From Escherichia phage BEK12B: a DNA stretch of 51,448 nucleotides. Shown here one piece after another: positions 10,315 to 20,328 of the stretch. Every line of letters begins with the position of its first letter. The stretch's first letter is position 1. The DNA is taken from the sequence record MN158215, one strand, 5' to 3'. The notes beneath the pieces were generated by a model. That model did not search any database, was not told where the DNA came from, and worked only from the letters and a program-made list of their open reading frames with translations. Both the position numbers and the translations under genes were made by a program.

Positions 10315-10977
10315 TTAAGCCTGAGTAGACGGCAAGAAAGTAAAGCGACCTTTCAGGGATACCGACAAAGAAACGGTTTCCATTTCGTTTACCGCCGTTT
10401 GTGGGATCTCGTTGAAAGAAAGCACACCAGCCCAAAGGCGCATTTCTTTTGCTTTTGGTACATACATGCGAAGCGCCTTTACTTCACCGGATTCGTCTGC
10501 TGCACGAAGTAACGGATAGATCGCGTTATCGTATTCGTGCGCAAAAGTGTAGGTCAGAGAAATGGCGCTCTTATAGGTAGGCAACTGCTGTTCCTGGTCG
10601 TCTGCCAAACACTGATAAGTATAGTATTGCTGTTCGCCGCCGTCCTGCGACAAATCCTGAACGCAAGGGATCTCAGTCCATGCATCAATCTTGGCAAAAG
10701 ATGCAGTTCCGCCAGTCGGGAACACGTTCTGATCTGTAGTATCAACACCCTCAAGAGTTACGCTTGTTTCTTCACCGTTAGCCTTTACACGCATAACACG
10801 ATCAATCAGCTTACCCCAGGAGGACGCAGTGATGATTACATAATCTCCTTTCTTGTACGCAGTGCCACCAGATGCAACGGTGAACACAGGATCTTTAGCG
10901 TTTGATACTGCCGTTGCTTGGATTTCGCTGCCGCGATTGCTCTCAACGAAAACTTGCGATCCATTTGGTAAATGCAT
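10315..10977 (-). CDS. major tail protein
   Basis: 220 aa ORF directly upstream of chaperone pair, strong RBS AAAGGAG, followed by terminator-like hairpin. Confidence 0.65.
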   Translation of the reverse strand: MHLPNGSQVFVESNRGSEIQATAVSNAKDPVFTVASGGTAYKKGDYVIITASSWGKLIDRVMRVKANGEETSVTLEGVDTTDQNVFPTGGTASFAKIDAWTEIPCVQDLSQDGGEQQYYTYQCLADDQEQQLPTYKSAISLTYTFAHEYDNAIYPLLRAADESGEVKALRMYVPKAKEMRLWAGVLSFNEIPQTAVNEMETVSLSVSLKGRFTFLPSTQA

Positions 10978-10982
10978 AATTT

Positions 10983-11384
10983 TTACTCCTTTGTTTCAAT
11001 TCGAACATAAAACCTTATTGGGAGAAGCCAGCCGCTTTCACTCTTGAGCGGCTTGTGAACTCTTGCACCCTCATATATATAACCATGCTCCAACATTTTA
11101 CCATCGTAAAAGAATTGCGCAATCTCTTTAGCGAGCACACGCGGCCTGTCAGTTCCGTAACCTGGTGGAAACACAATACCAACCTGAATCATTCCGATAT
11201 AAGAAACGCATTTGCGATCCAATGACAAGTATTCTGTGTCAACTTCGGCATAGTCAAACTTCAACCACGGCGAACCGTCACCAGGTGGCGTAAACTCTAC
11301 GTTTTCATAAGCGATCATGAATCTGCTTTCGTATTCAGTCGCCAGCGCCTTACGCGCCGATAGCATTAATTCATAGTGACTCAT
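10983..11384 (-). CDS. tail terminator-like protein (lambda U position)
   Basis: position immediately upstream of major tail gene; ORF-track start is TTG, ATG at 11384 with RBS ACGGAG preferred. Confidence 0.4.
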   Translation of the reverse strand: MSHYELMLSARKALATEYESRFMIAYENVEFTPPGDGSPWLKFDYAEVDTEYLSLDRKCVSYIGMIQVGIVFPPGYGTDRPRVLAKEIAQFFYDGKMLEHGYIYEGARVHKPLKSESGWLLPIRFYVRIETKE

Positions 11385-11880
11385 GTTGAACTCCGTGATT
11401 TTTGTGGTATCCAAAATTTAATTCTGCATCTTTTCTTGCTTTAGCAGCTTCATCAAAGCTAACAAAGAAACCTAAGTGCAACCTCTTTTTGTTGTGCATT
11501 ATTTGAGCGTACCATTTCTTGTTTTTTCGATGATAGTAAACACCGGTAACTCCGCTTGAGTTTCTTTTGTCGATTGTTTTGTTTCTCATGTTTCCAGATC
11601 TATCAACAATCCTTAGATTCTCAATTCTGTTGTCAGTTGTGTTGTGATTAATATGGTCAATCTCCATGCCGTCAGGAATTGGCCCGTTGTGCATCTCCCA
11701 AACTATGCGATGAACCCTAAACTGACCGCCAAACATATTAACAACAACGTATCCGCGATTATTTACATTTCCAGCTACGTCGCCAACAGAACAAGGATAC
11801 TTACATTTTGACTGATCTTTAATCTGAATCTTCCAGTAAATAAGTCCATCTTTGTATGTGAATATATCATCATAGTGCAT
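11371..11880 (-). CDS. HNH homing endonuclease
   Basis: EIDHINHNTTDNRIENLR HNH motif, N-terminal YKDGLIYW and C-terminal GYHKNHG as in the other HNH copies; inserted within structural operon. Confidence 0.85.
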   Translation of the reverse strand: MHYDDIFTYKDGLIYWKIQIKDQSKCKYPCSVGDVAGNVNNRGYVVVNMFGGQFRVHRIVWEMHNGPIPDGMEIDHINHNTTDNRIENLRIVDRSGNMRNKTIDKRNSSGVTGVYYHRKNKKWYAQIMHNKKRLHLGFFVSFDEAAKARKDAELNFGYHKNHGVQHESL

Positions 11881-12313
11881 TTTTAGCCCTCGACTCTTTT
11901 ATTGCTTCAGCCATATATGAACGCAATTTCACGGCAACAATACCAAGCACACCCGCTGGCGCTTGTTTTGAATGACCGTACTCAAGCGCGTTAGCATAAA
12001 TAAGCATGTTGGAAAAATAAATAGCTCTTACTGCGCCGCCACCTCGTAATATTGCGTATATGGCACGTTTTCCTTCCGCGATCGTTTTGTCTCCGTGCTT
12101 ATCGTACTGATTAAGCGCATACAATGGCGGCTTGTTTGCTGTTACCTGCCAGTTTGCACGATAACGACCAGTATCAACCGGAGAACGCTTAACCAAATCT
12201 GTGTGTACTTTTTCGGCGAACAACTCCACGCAATCTTTTAATCCACTATCAACGGCGTTTATCCACGCATCAATGTTGCCGTGAAATTCCCTTATCGTGT
12301 AGTTTTTAGCCAT
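11870..12313 (-). CDS. tail completion / neck protein (position-based)
   Basis: 147 aa ORF in head-tail joining region. Confidence 0.35.
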   Translation of the reverse strand: MAKNYTIREFHGNIDAWINAVDSGLKDCVELFAEKVHTDLVKRSPVDTGRYRANWQVTANKPPLYALNQYDKHGDKTIAEGKRAIYAILRGGGAVRAIYFSNMLIYANALEYGHSKQAPAGVLGIVAVKLRSYMAEAIKESRAKNAL

Positions 12314-12683
12314 GTACAGAAATCCTTCTCAAAATAGGCCGATAAGCAACAGTGACATTGGTTTGTCTGATTGGTCTTGCTTCAACTACAGCATATAATT
12401 CACCATCAACATCAATATGATACCCGTTCTTAATTTCAACTTTATTGTTAAAAACTCCCAACTTATCGGTTACTCGTATTGTTTCTCCGTCAACCTCGCG
12501 TACTTTTGGGGAGCGAATTAAACCCTTAATCATTACACTGATCTCTGGCTTTTCTACTTCTTCTCCTCCGATGATTTCAACGCTTCCACGCTGCGTTATG
12601 CACTTAAACTCACCGTTGCCATCACTAAAGAAGTTAATTCCTTCAGTTGCCATTCTTGCGATCTCGTTATAGTTCATTTGCAA
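12306..12683 (-). CDS. head-tail adaptor protein (position-based)
   Basis: 125 aa ORF in head-tail joining region, overlapping neighbours. Confidence 0.35.
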   Translation of the reverse strand: MQMNYNEIARMATEGINFFSDGNGEFKCITQRGSVEIIGGEEVEKPEISVMIKGLIRSPKVREVDGETIRVTDKLGVFNNKVEIKNGYHIDVDGELYAVVEARPIRQTNVTVAYRPILRRISVHG

Positions 12684-13090
12684 CGCCTCCTAAATCCAGT
12701 CACAAGACCAAATCCACCGCCTTTCTTACGATTTAGCGTTTCGTACATTTTCCCCCAGGGAGTTTGTCTAATATCTTTTCCGCCAGAGTCGCCTGACACT
12801 CGATCAAAGGTCTGGCTAAATTCACCAGTCAGGGAAAATGACGCAACTCGCCGCGAGTAACTTTCTACGCTTTCCCCTTCTTGCTTCATGGCTCCATCAA
12901 GCGTCATAAGGTGCAACGTATAAAGAGCAACCGCTTTAGGATATAACTCTTTAAACCGCTTCTTGCAAACAAATTCCTTTGCAAGCTCAATCCATGCCAC
13001 CATTAAATCTGGATCAATCTGCTTCATCGGTGGCGCTAATTTCACGATTTGCTGCGTGATTTCTGCGTCAGTGAAAAATTCATCAACCAT
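12674..13090 (-). CDS. head-tail connector protein (position-based)
   Basis: 138 aa ORF downstream of capsid gene. Confidence 0.35.
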   Translation of the reverse strand: MVDEFFTDAEITQQIVKLAPPMKQIDPDLMVAWIELAKEFVCKKRFKELYPKAVALYTLHLMTLDGAMKQEGESVESYSRRVASFSLTGEFSQTFDRVSGDSGGKDIRQTPWGKMYETLNRKKGGGFGLVTGFRRRCK

Positions 13091-13137
13091 TGTGTTTCCT
13101 CCAGATATGAAAGAGGGCGCTATAAGCGCCCTCTTTA

Positions 13138-13410
13138 TTAATAGATGCCGCCGTCTTCAAGTTCGGCTTTGCTCTTGCCCTCTCGCGGGTCTTTTTTACG
13201 TTTGCTTGCTGCGCTCTGTTTGATTTCTTCGTTCAATGCGGAGTTGTCTTTAACCTCCAGATCGCCTTTTGCAATTAGATATTCAAACGCGCTTGTTTTC
13301 AATTTTGATTCTTCTACGTCAAACTCTTTGCCTGGATGATAATGCTCACCATCAACAATGATAAGGCACACGCCGGAAACCTTTAGCGTTACAGTTTTTT
13401 CTTTAGCCAT
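13138..13410 (-). CDS. hypothetical protein
   Basis: 90 aa ORF after major capsid gene with RBS GGAGG. Confidence 0.4.
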   Translation of the reverse strand: MAKEKTVTLKVSGVCLIIVDGEHYHPGKEFDVEESKLKTSAFEYLIAKGDLEVKDNSALNEEIKQSAASKRKKDPREGKSKAELEDGGIY

Positions 13411-13426
13411 TTCATAACCTCCAATA

Positions 13427-13454
13427 AAAAAGGGAATCCAGTTAAGGATTCCCC
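13427..13454 (-). terminator. hairpin plus T-run after major capsid gene
   Basis: minus sense ggggaatccttaactggattccc followed by TTTTTTT. Confidence 0.5.
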
Positions 13455-13466
13455 AATGCTATACGA

Positions 13467-14441
13467 TTAACTTGATTTTTTCAAGCCAGTAATAAGCACT
13501 AGCGTAAACGGACGGTAAATCGTCAGGCCAGTACATTTTGAAGTACACGGAACTTTGAAATGCAGATCTTTTGGTTGCGCCGGAAGCATGTTAAATGCTT
13601 CTGGAATTTCGATCGACATGTTCATCGGGTCTTTCTCATATACCAGGCAACCTTTCGTTCCAGTGCCATCAATATCCTCGAGTTCTGCGATTGAATCGAT
13701 GGTGATCCCGCTGTTTTGTTTCTGGAAGTATTCCAGATAACTTTCAGTGGTGTTTTCCATTCGAACGGAAAGAACCTTGCGCATAGACGGCGGAATCAGG
13801 ATATTGGTTGCGCGGTGCTGACCATTGGTAATGGTCTGAATGGTTTCAATAGCCTTTTCCAGCTCATCAGATGCCGCTTGAGGGAACTTAGTGTTTTCAT
13901 CATGACTTAACCAGCCAGAAGATGTAATCTTTGTCAGGTTAGGGTGTTCAAACACCGAAAGAATCTTATGCGGCTTTGAACCCTTAAACACCAGGCGGTT
14001 AACTTCCTGATCATGGGCGTTTTGCGCTGCGTTTGCCTTGCGAGTGGAAAGGCTCTTACCAGTACGCTGACCAGCCTTGATTTCGTCAATTGAGATCAAG
14101 AACGCGTTACCCAAGCGGAAAACTTTACCGAATTCGCTGGACATCAGCGCGTCAACGGTCGGCAGGTCGTCGGTGTAATCAGCGATAATTTTTGCGTAAC
14201 CAACCTTGTCGAACATCTGATATTCAAAAGTCTTATCAGTATCAGAAAGCTCATTAGTTACAGGGAATACACGAAGCGCAGAACCTGCCGGATATTCTTT
14301 CTCGTAAGCATCAGAGCGAATCTTATGCAGTTCTTTAGCGGCCCAAATACCCATATCGGACGCATCACCTTTAACGCCGCGAGTAGCCAGATAGCTAGAA
14401 ACAATATCCGCATCTAGCTGATCAAATTTTTCTTTTTCCAT
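13467..14441 (-). CDS. major capsid protein
   Basis: 324-aa ORF between decoration-like and connector genes; very strong RBS GGAGGAAG before ATG at 14441 (ORF-track start 14483 is GTG). Confidence 0.75.
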   Translation of the reverse strand: MEKEKFDQLDADIVSSYLATRGVKGDASDMGIWAAKELHKIRSDAYEKEYPAGSALRVFPVTNELSDTDKTFEYQMFDKVGYAKIIADYTDDLPTVDALMSSEFGKVFRLGNAFLISIDEIKAGQRTGKSLSTRKANAAQNAHDQEVNRLVFKGSKPHKILSVFEHPNLTKITSSGWLSHDENTKFPQAASDELEKAIETIQTITNGQHRATNILIPPSMRKVLSVRMENTTESYLEYFQKQNSGITIDSIAELEDIDGTGTKGCLVYEKDPMNMSIEIPEAFNMLPAQPKDLHFKVPCTSKCTGLTIYRPFTLVLITGLKKSS

Positions 14442-14487
14442 TTTCTTCCTCCATATATAAAGGTCGTTAGTATGTAACGCCACAATG

Positions 14488-14506
14488 ATAGCATTTTTTG
14501 TTAAAC
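14488..14506 (+). promoter_or_regulatory. inverted (antisense) copy of the conserved ATAGCA-TTTTTTGTTAAAC element
   Basis: plus strand ATAGCATTTTTTGTTAAAC followed by CATAAT; lies between minus-strand decoration and capsid genes. Confidence 0.4.
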
Positions 14507-14524
14507 GTGCAACATAATTTTGTG

Positions 14525-14971
14525 TTATGCGTTAATGCTTACCCCGACAATATATGAATCATGATCAACCTTTACATGTTCACCAGTAAAGATCCAACCA
14601 ATCAGCAAGTCGCCTTCACTGTATGCCGCATCTCCATCTTGCGTTACAAATACTTTATCTCCATATTCTGGCGCTTCTCTCTCAGAAGTTAAGCACCACA
14701 CACTACCTCTACTAACCACATTAACGGGATCACCCTCCTCATATATGCACGAGTCCAGCGGCCTTACTGCCACGCCAATAACGAGATCCCCATTAATACT
14801 GGCTATTTTGTATCCATTTGTTATATGTGATAGTCGAACAATCTTACCTGGCGCAATAAATTCATCTCCGCACACGAAAGAACCGTTAATCACCATTATT
14901 GAAGAATCGACCATGCACCCTTGCGACTCAGCGCCAACAATGACTGAATAATCACTCATGAGAAACTCCAA
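14525..14971 (-). CDS. head decoration-like protein, paralog 2
   Basis: 148 aa; shares GVAV...G.VW.L....AP..G segment with ORF 15006..15518. Confidence 0.45.
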   Translation of the reverse strand: MEFLMSDYSVIVGAESQGCMVDSSIMVINGSFVCGDEFIAPGKIVRLSHITNGYKIASINGDLVIGVAVRPLDSCIYEEGDPVNVVSRGSVWCLTSEREAPEYGDKVFVTQDGDAAYSEGDLLIGWIFTGEHVKVDHDSYIVGVSINA

Positions 14972-14975
14972 ATAT

Positions 14976-14998
14976 AAAAAAGGCGCTCAGTGAGCGCC
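14976..14998 (-). terminator. hairpin plus T-run between the two decoration-like genes
   Basis: minus sense ggcgctcactgagcgcc followed by TTTTTTAT. Confidence 0.45.
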
Positions 14999-15005
14999 AT
15001 ATTTA

Positions 15006-15518
15006 TTAACCTGCTGAAGATGCCGGAACTTTTTGCACCTGAACCTCTACCAGCTTCAAGTCTTGAAACTTGGTGAAATCACCAGTCGCGATCCATTTTG
15101 TTTCGATAGTGCCAGACCCGGTATCAACCTGACCATCCTCAGACAGTTTGATTGTAGTGCCGAACGCTGGCGCGGTGGCGTCTTTAGCCAACATCCAAAC
15201 ACGCCCTTCAGTCATTACGTTGATTCCGCCGCCAGATTCATAAATCATTCGACCGTCAGACGCAGTTGTCTGAAAGTGAGAACGAATTGCAACGCCGTAA
15301 GCCTTGCCGCTTGCCGCCATCGGCTTAATTAGCTTATTGCCCATAGCGTCAACGCCGCCATGCTGGACTGCCACACCAACAAAAATGTTTTTGTTCTGGT
15401 TTCCTGCTGCATTCTCAAGAACACAAGCGCCATCAATATTATAAGCTGAAGTGTCAGAAACCTGACCAGGTAACGCGCGAGACATTACATCAAAATAACT
15501 TGCTCCAATTGTAGCCAT
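15006..15518 (-). CDS. head decoration-like protein, paralog 1
   Basis: 170 aa; similarity to ORF 14525..14971; located after scaffold-like gene. Confidence 0.45.
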   Translation of the reverse strand: MATIGASYFDVMSRALPGQVSDTSAYNIDGACVLENAAGNQNKNIFVGVAVQHGGVDAMGNKLIKPMAASGKAYGVAIRSHFQTTASDGRMIYESGGGINVMTEGRVWMLAKDATAPAFGTTIKLSEDGQVDTGSGTIETKWIATGDFTKFQDLKLVEVQVQKVPASSAG

Positions 15519-15530
15519 GTTTATTTCTCC

Positions 15531-16643
15531 TTATTTAAGTTTTTTCAAACGCGCAGTCGGATCAAGGGAGTCGGTTTTTTCACTCTTGCCAGATTCGAAA
15601 GAATCGCCCTTAACAGATTTACGCTGCGCCGCCATTTTATCAGACTGCTTCGCAAGGTCAAAAGCTGTTTCAATATATGCATCTGCTTTTTCTGAAATAT
15701 CAGCGCCAGTGACTTCTTTGACGTAAGCAACCTTGATCGCTTTATCGTCCAAGCCGTCACACTTGATGCCAATTTCAGTTGCATCTGCAACCAGCTTGGC
15801 GTGTTCTTCTGCATCAGTCTTTGCCTTCTTAACAGCTTCTGCAATCTGCACCGGAATGCCATCGACTTTAGTTTTCAGGGCGTCGCGCTCGGCCTCAAGG
15901 CCATCAGCTTTTTCGGTTGCAGCTTTTGCATCTGCCTTTAACGCCTCAATATGATCAGCAACGGCCTTTGGAACATCAAATTCTACCGCGCCATCAAGTT
16001 TAATTTTTACTGTCATTTCCTCATCTCCTTTGTCATTTAGAACCTCGTCACTATACGGAAAATCCTGCTCACTATCAAGATTTAATTTGGCAATGCCAGC
16101 ACGACCACGAAAGACAAGTGCAATGTGATTAACACGGATATTCGTCTGAATGGCGTCAAATTTAACCCAATCAGGAGAATCAGGCTTCCAGTCTTCCTTG
16201 AGGTCTTCCTCAAACAAGTAATCACCAGTTTTATTATTACCCCAGCCTGGCTTGTCAATATCAACCGATGTGTAACCAACTGAAATTTCCGCCGTGTCTT
16301 TCTTTTTTGCACTCTCAATTGCTCGCTTTGAGTAAATACTTAACGGAACTTCAACGCCAATCCCATTTGGAACACCAGCGCCAGCGCATGAACCAACAAC
16401 AACCTGATCCGCATTATCTGGCGTCACTGTGACGTGACCGATAGTGATCGGCTTACCTGCGAAAGTAGCAAGGGAATCAGCCTTGAACACCTCGGACGCT
16501 GGACGGAACTCTCGTCTGATTCCATACGGTGTGTGATACTCCTGCAAGCCAATTCGCGCCACAATTGGGCGATCAACTAAAAAACCATTATCATCAAAAT
16601 GCGCCTTAACCTGGACGCTATCAAATCTTTGTTTTGCCTTCAT
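15531..16643 (-). CDS. scaffolding / prohead maturation protein
   Basis: 370 aa; C-terminal Ala/Lys/Asp/Glu-rich coiled-coil typical of scaffolds; position between head morphogenesis and capsid genes. Confidence 0.5.
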   Translation of the reverse strand: MKAKQRFDSVQVKAHFDDNGFLVDRPIVARIGLQEYHTPYGIRREFRPASEVFKADSLATFAGKPITIGHVTVTPDNADQVVVGSCAGAGVPNGIGVEVPLSIYSKRAIESAKKKDTAEISVGYTSVDIDKPGWGNNKTGDYLFEEDLKEDWKPDSPDWVKFDAIQTNIRVNHIALVFRGRAGIAKLNLDSEQDFPYSDEVLNDKGDEEMTVKIKLDGAVEFDVPKAVADHIEALKADAKAATEKADGLEAERDALKTKVDGIPVQIAEAVKKAKTDAEEHAKLVADATEIGIKCDGLDDKAIKVAYVKEVTGADISEKADAYIETAFDLAKQSDKMAAQRKSVKGDSFESGKSEKTDSLDPTARLKKLK

Positions 16644-16646
16644 TAA

Positions 16647-17411
16647 TTACTCTCCTTTACTATTCCAATCTGGAATCGCCCAGCAACGGCAACCCCACGG
16701 CTCACCAGGGAAATCATGAATTGCATCAAGAGCTATTCTTTTACCTTCCCATAACACATGCTGCAAGCGCTCTCTATCATCCAACATTCCATGCCAGAAA
16801 TAATGAGTTACCTTAGCATCATAAAGGCGCTGGCGCATCAGGCGACTATTCCACGCGCCGATAATGTTTTCTGATCTCGTTTTACCCCAGGAGCTATAAA
16901 CAGCAAATCTCTTTTCTGCAAGATCATTAACCTGTTTATCATTGCTTCCGCGAAAGTTTGCATTGCGAATGTTTGTTGACCAGTCAGACACAATATTTGT
17001 GAACAACTTCTTTAGCGATGATTCTGTAAGTCCGTGCCATTGCCCGTAAAGCGTCTGATACCACTCCTCGTTAGCGTTAGCGCCAACCGCGATCAAAACA
17101 ATTACCGCCGTGTTATCATTTCCGCCAGTTGACTTTGCAACATTTATGAACTGCTTCGCATTGAATTTATAGATGGTCAACGCGATTGCAGGAAGAGTTG
17201 AAATAATGCCAGCTATAAGGTCAGTTGCCAGGCTGTTAATTTCATCTTCTGCGCTGTTAATCTCATTATCTGCTGCGTCAAACTTCATCGCTTTTGTACG
17301 CTTGCGCATGAGAACTACCAGATCCCTAATTGCCTCCTGAATTGAGCGGCTAAATTGCCGCTCGCTTGCTTCAGGAAAGCGCCATTGTTTAACGACGCCA
17401 TTCACTTTCAT
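16647..17411 (-). CDS. head morphogenesis / minor capsid protein
   Basis: 254 aa ORF directly after portal with overlapping stop/start. Confidence 0.5.
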   Translation of the reverse strand: MKVNGVVKQWRFPEASERQFSRSIQEAIRDLVVLMRKRTKAMKFDAADNEINSAEDEINSLATDLIAGIISTLPAIALTIYKFNAKQFINVAKSTGGNDNTAVIVLIAVGANANEEWYQTLYGQWHGLTESSLKKLFTNIVSDWSTNIRNANFRGSNDKQVNDLAEKRFAVYSSWGKTRSENIIGAWNSRLMRQRLYDAKVTHYFWHGMLDDRERLQHVLWEGKRIALDAIHDFPGEPWGCRCWAIPDWNSKGE

Positions 17412-18691
17412 TACTCATTCCCCTGTGTGCCTGGCTCCGGCTCCGATGGCTCCGGCAGCTTGATTTTATTAGTGTCCTTTAGTTTAACGCTTGGGGCGAT
17501 TGCTCGCAACGTGTCGCGCGCTTCTTCAACATCAAGGAACTGACCATCAATAGCCTTGCTGATTGAGTCGATATTCTTATTCAGAATTTCAGCCTGATCT
17601 TTATCGCTAGGTACGCTCAAAGGTGAAAACTCAATGCTCCACTCCTGCTCACTAATGATGAACGGCAATAGAAATTCAAGGATAGGCTTGTAATCCTCGA
17701 CGCGTTTTCGTTCAATCAGCTTATAGAATGTTTCAAGCGCCGTGTTTTGGCTTGCGCTAACGCCGCCAACGTTTTTGTTTTTCAGGATGATTTCATGAAT
17801 ACCTGAAAGGGAAACGATGCGATCCATTTTCTTTTCCAAGAAAGAATCAACGCCGCTGATGTCAGAATTAAGAACATCATATTCCTCATCCTCAGCATCA
17901 ATACCAATTGCTTTTCCAACACCGCCATCGTCGTCAACCTGCGCAAGTCTCAGGCGTGCCGCGCTAACACCTTCCTCATCATCGCACAAGTCAGCAAGTC
18001 CTTTAGCCTTCCATACAGCCTGCTGTTTCCTCCGCAATAATTGCGTTGCCAATGTTTCACAATAGTTATAATCAACAATAGCCTCAACAAGTCGCTTATT
18101 CAGAACTGACTCACCCCAGCCATCATTGCTGCGTCGCTTTGCGTTAGGTATCCGCTCACCGTCGATAATGCAAACTCGCGTGTAGTGTACCTGGTATTCC
18201 GGCAAGTCTCCGCCTGGCGTTACAGTGTAAAGCACTGGCTCACCATAGCGAACCTTGCGGGGATTAGTTTCGCGCGCCTCAACGCGAATCTGATAACGAT
18301 CGTAAACGCGAACATCTTCCAGCATGGCCCCAGGCTTTACAGGTGATTTGAGCGCCCGCCCATCCTGAACAAGAGCAATGATTGCAGATCCGCCAAACAA
18401 ACGCGACCAGCAAAGCGCATCAATAATTTTTGCATTCAATCGCTTTTCATCCCACAAAGAACGGAATGCCGCCTCGTCTGCCACTCCGTCAACAGTGAAG
18501 CCAGGGGAAACCATTTCCTCTGGCACTACGTCAATAATCCTTTTTGCTAGTCCGTCTTTTTCGTAAAAGTCAGCAAGTGTCTTGTATGGCATTGATTGCA
18601 TGTAGAATGGTTGCTCTACTCGCGATTTGCAATTCTCGCCTTTAAAGATCTCGTTATAGCCGTCAGTCTTAACGATTCGTGATTTACTCAT
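17411..18691 (-). CDS. portal protein
   Basis: 426 aa ORF directly downstream of terminase large subunit; acidic C-terminus. Confidence 0.75.
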   Translation of the reverse strand: MSKSRIVKTDGYNEIFKGENCKSRVEQPFYMQSMPYKTLADFYEKDGLAKRIIDVVPEEMVSPGFTVDGVADEAAFRSLWDEKRLNAKIIDALCWSRLFGGSAIIALVQDGRALKSPVKPGAMLEDVRVYDRYQIRVEARETNPRKVRYGEPVLYTVTPGGDLPEYQVHYTRVCIIDGERIPNAKRRSNDGWGESVLNKRLVEAIVDYNYCETLATQLLRRKQQAVWKAKGLADLCDDEEGVSAARLRLAQVDDDGGVGKAIGIDAEDEEYDVLNSDISGVDSFLEKKMDRIVSLSGIHEIILKNKNVGGVSASQNTALETFYKLIERKRVEDYKPILEFLLPFIISEQEWSIEFSPLSVPSDKDQAEILNKNIDSISKAIDGQFLDVEEARDTLRAIAPSVKLKDTNKIKLPEPSEPEPGTQGNE

Positions 18692-18706
18692 TATCTTTCC
18701 TCCAAT

Positions 18707-18731
18707 AAAAAAGGCTGGATTTACCAGCCTT
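18707..18731 (-). terminator. hairpin plus T-run between terminase and portal genes
   Basis: minus sense aaaggctggtaaatccagcctt followed by TTTTTATT. Confidence 0.4.
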
Positions 18732-18741
18732 TGATTATATA

Positions 18742-18765
18742 TTGGTTTGTCGATTCGTGCTATTT
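18742..18765 (-). promoter_or_regulatory. diverged copy of conserved element (AAATAGCACGAATCGACAAACC) followed by TATATAAT
   Basis: terminase stop TAG embedded in ATAGCAC; -10-like TATATAAT downstream in sense. Confidence 0.45.
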
Positions 18766-20328
18766 CTTGATTCCAGCGAGGCGGTACATTCTTCCAACCG
18801 GATCATCTGCCATGTTCATTTCAATGTTAACCGCATCAATCAATGTGTCAACAATATCATCGTGTGGCGCTGAATCATCATAAGCAAAAGCCGCAACCTC
18901 CGCAAGTATCTCAGCCAGCATAGGATGCGATTCTGGAAGTGCTACGCGTCCTGCGCGCATTACTGGCGCTGCGTCCATTGCACGAGTAACCTTGTCTTTA
19001 TCACGCTGAACGGGATTGATCTTGATCATGATTTTTTTCGCTGCACTCTGAATCAAACCAGTGCCAGACGATTTATCTTCAACATGAATCCTTCGCAATG
19101 TTCCGCATTCTTTATTGCGCTTCCAACACTGATTCACGAATGCAACAAAATTCGTCTCAAGGTCCGGTGCTTCCCATTTTCCGCGAACGCCATCAATGAA
19201 GTAAACGCGATCTTTATACATCCCCCAATAACAGATCACGGAGTAGTCGTTAAGCTCCCCTGTTTTCTGTGCGGTATCAACCGTGATAAATGTATATTCA
19301 AAGCGATCCGGTTTTGGTAGCGTGCATTTCTCGCTGCTGCCGTAATACTGAAACCACTCTGTTTTAAACACGTTACCGCCAAGCGCAACAGGCTGTTGCT
19401 GATACTGACTAGCGAACGTGTACGGATCAGCATTTCGAAGCGCAAGTAATTCATCCGCGCTTTCCTTAGCAGGCCAGAACGAATAATGAGCAACACCATC
19501 AATCATCACTGGCTTACTGGACAAAACATCGCGATCAAACTCAGGCTTTAACCAATCAGGAAGCGTTTCGCGATATTCCTTAGTAACGAGCGCCGGAATA
19601 CTAACCACCTTAAACTTGATGCCGCCCATGCCGCCGTTTGTCATGAACCATGTTGAATCATTGACGTGTAGGCGTTGCTGAACCATCACAATTGGCGTGG
19701 TGTCCTTCATTCTACGCGATCGAACCGTGTTCTTTAGGCGCATGTGTCCGGCTTCGCGCTTTGTTTTTGATAGTTGATCATCAGGCTTATCTGGGTCGTC
19801 AAGAACCAGCATACCAGTAAAACCATCATCCATGTAACCGCCACGCAAACCAGTTACCTGACCACCAATAGATCGCGAATTTAGTTGCAACCAGACCTTT
19901 CCATCTCCATTAAGTACAGCTATATCTTTCGCGCTTGCTTTTGCCATCTTGCAAGGCCATAGCTCTTGCCATTCTGGAGAACCGATAATCTCCCTTACTC
20001 TAATGCTGTTTTGCTGCACAAGGCCATCACTAAACGAAAGGTTTAGATTTCGCACCTTCTTGCTTTTCAGCATTGCGTAAACTGGCATGTGGATCGAGAA
20101 TATTTCCGTTTTTGACGAACCAGGAGCAACGTTGAAAATCACGTTCTGCTCCTTGCCACTAATCACATCTTCAAGGTATCGGCATATATATGATAAATGC
20201 CAATTACCTAAAAACTTTTGCCCCTGTAGCAAGTTAAACCAAATGCGGATCATTTTTTCGAATGAGTGAGCGCTCATTTCTTTAATGGCGCGTTTCTGCG
20301 CCGCTGTTAAGTCTTCCCAAATCAGCAT
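18760..20328 (-). CDS. terminase large subunit
   Basis: 522 aa; ATPase-like N-terminus (VLDDPDKPDD Walker B-like) and nuclease-like C-terminus; follows small subunit. Confidence 0.85.
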   Translation of the reverse strand: MLIWEDLTAAQKRAIKEMSAHSFEKMIRIWFNLLQGQKFLGNWHLSYICRYLEDVISGKEQNVIFNVAPGSSKTEIFSIHMPVYAMLKSKKVRNLNLSFSDGLVQQNSIRVREIIGSPEWQELWPCKMAKASAKDIAVLNGDGKVWLQLNSRSIGGQVTGLRGGYMDDGFTGMLVLDDPDKPDDQLSKTKREAGHMRLKNTVRSRRMKDTTPIVMVQQRLHVNDSTWFMTNGGMGGIKFKVVSIPALVTKEYRETLPDWLKPEFDRDVLSSKPVMIDGVAHYSFWPAKESADELLALRNADPYTFASQYQQQPVALGGNVFKTEWFQYYGSSEKCTLPKPDRFEYTFITVDTAQKTGELNDYSVICYWGMYKDRVYFIDGVRGKWEAPDLETNFVAFVNQCWKRNKECGTLRRIHVEDKSSGTGLIQSAAKKIMIKINPVQRDKDKVTRAMDAAPVMRAGRVALPESHPMLAEILAEVAAFAYDDSAPHDDIVDTLIDAVNIEMNMADDPVGRMYRLAGIKK

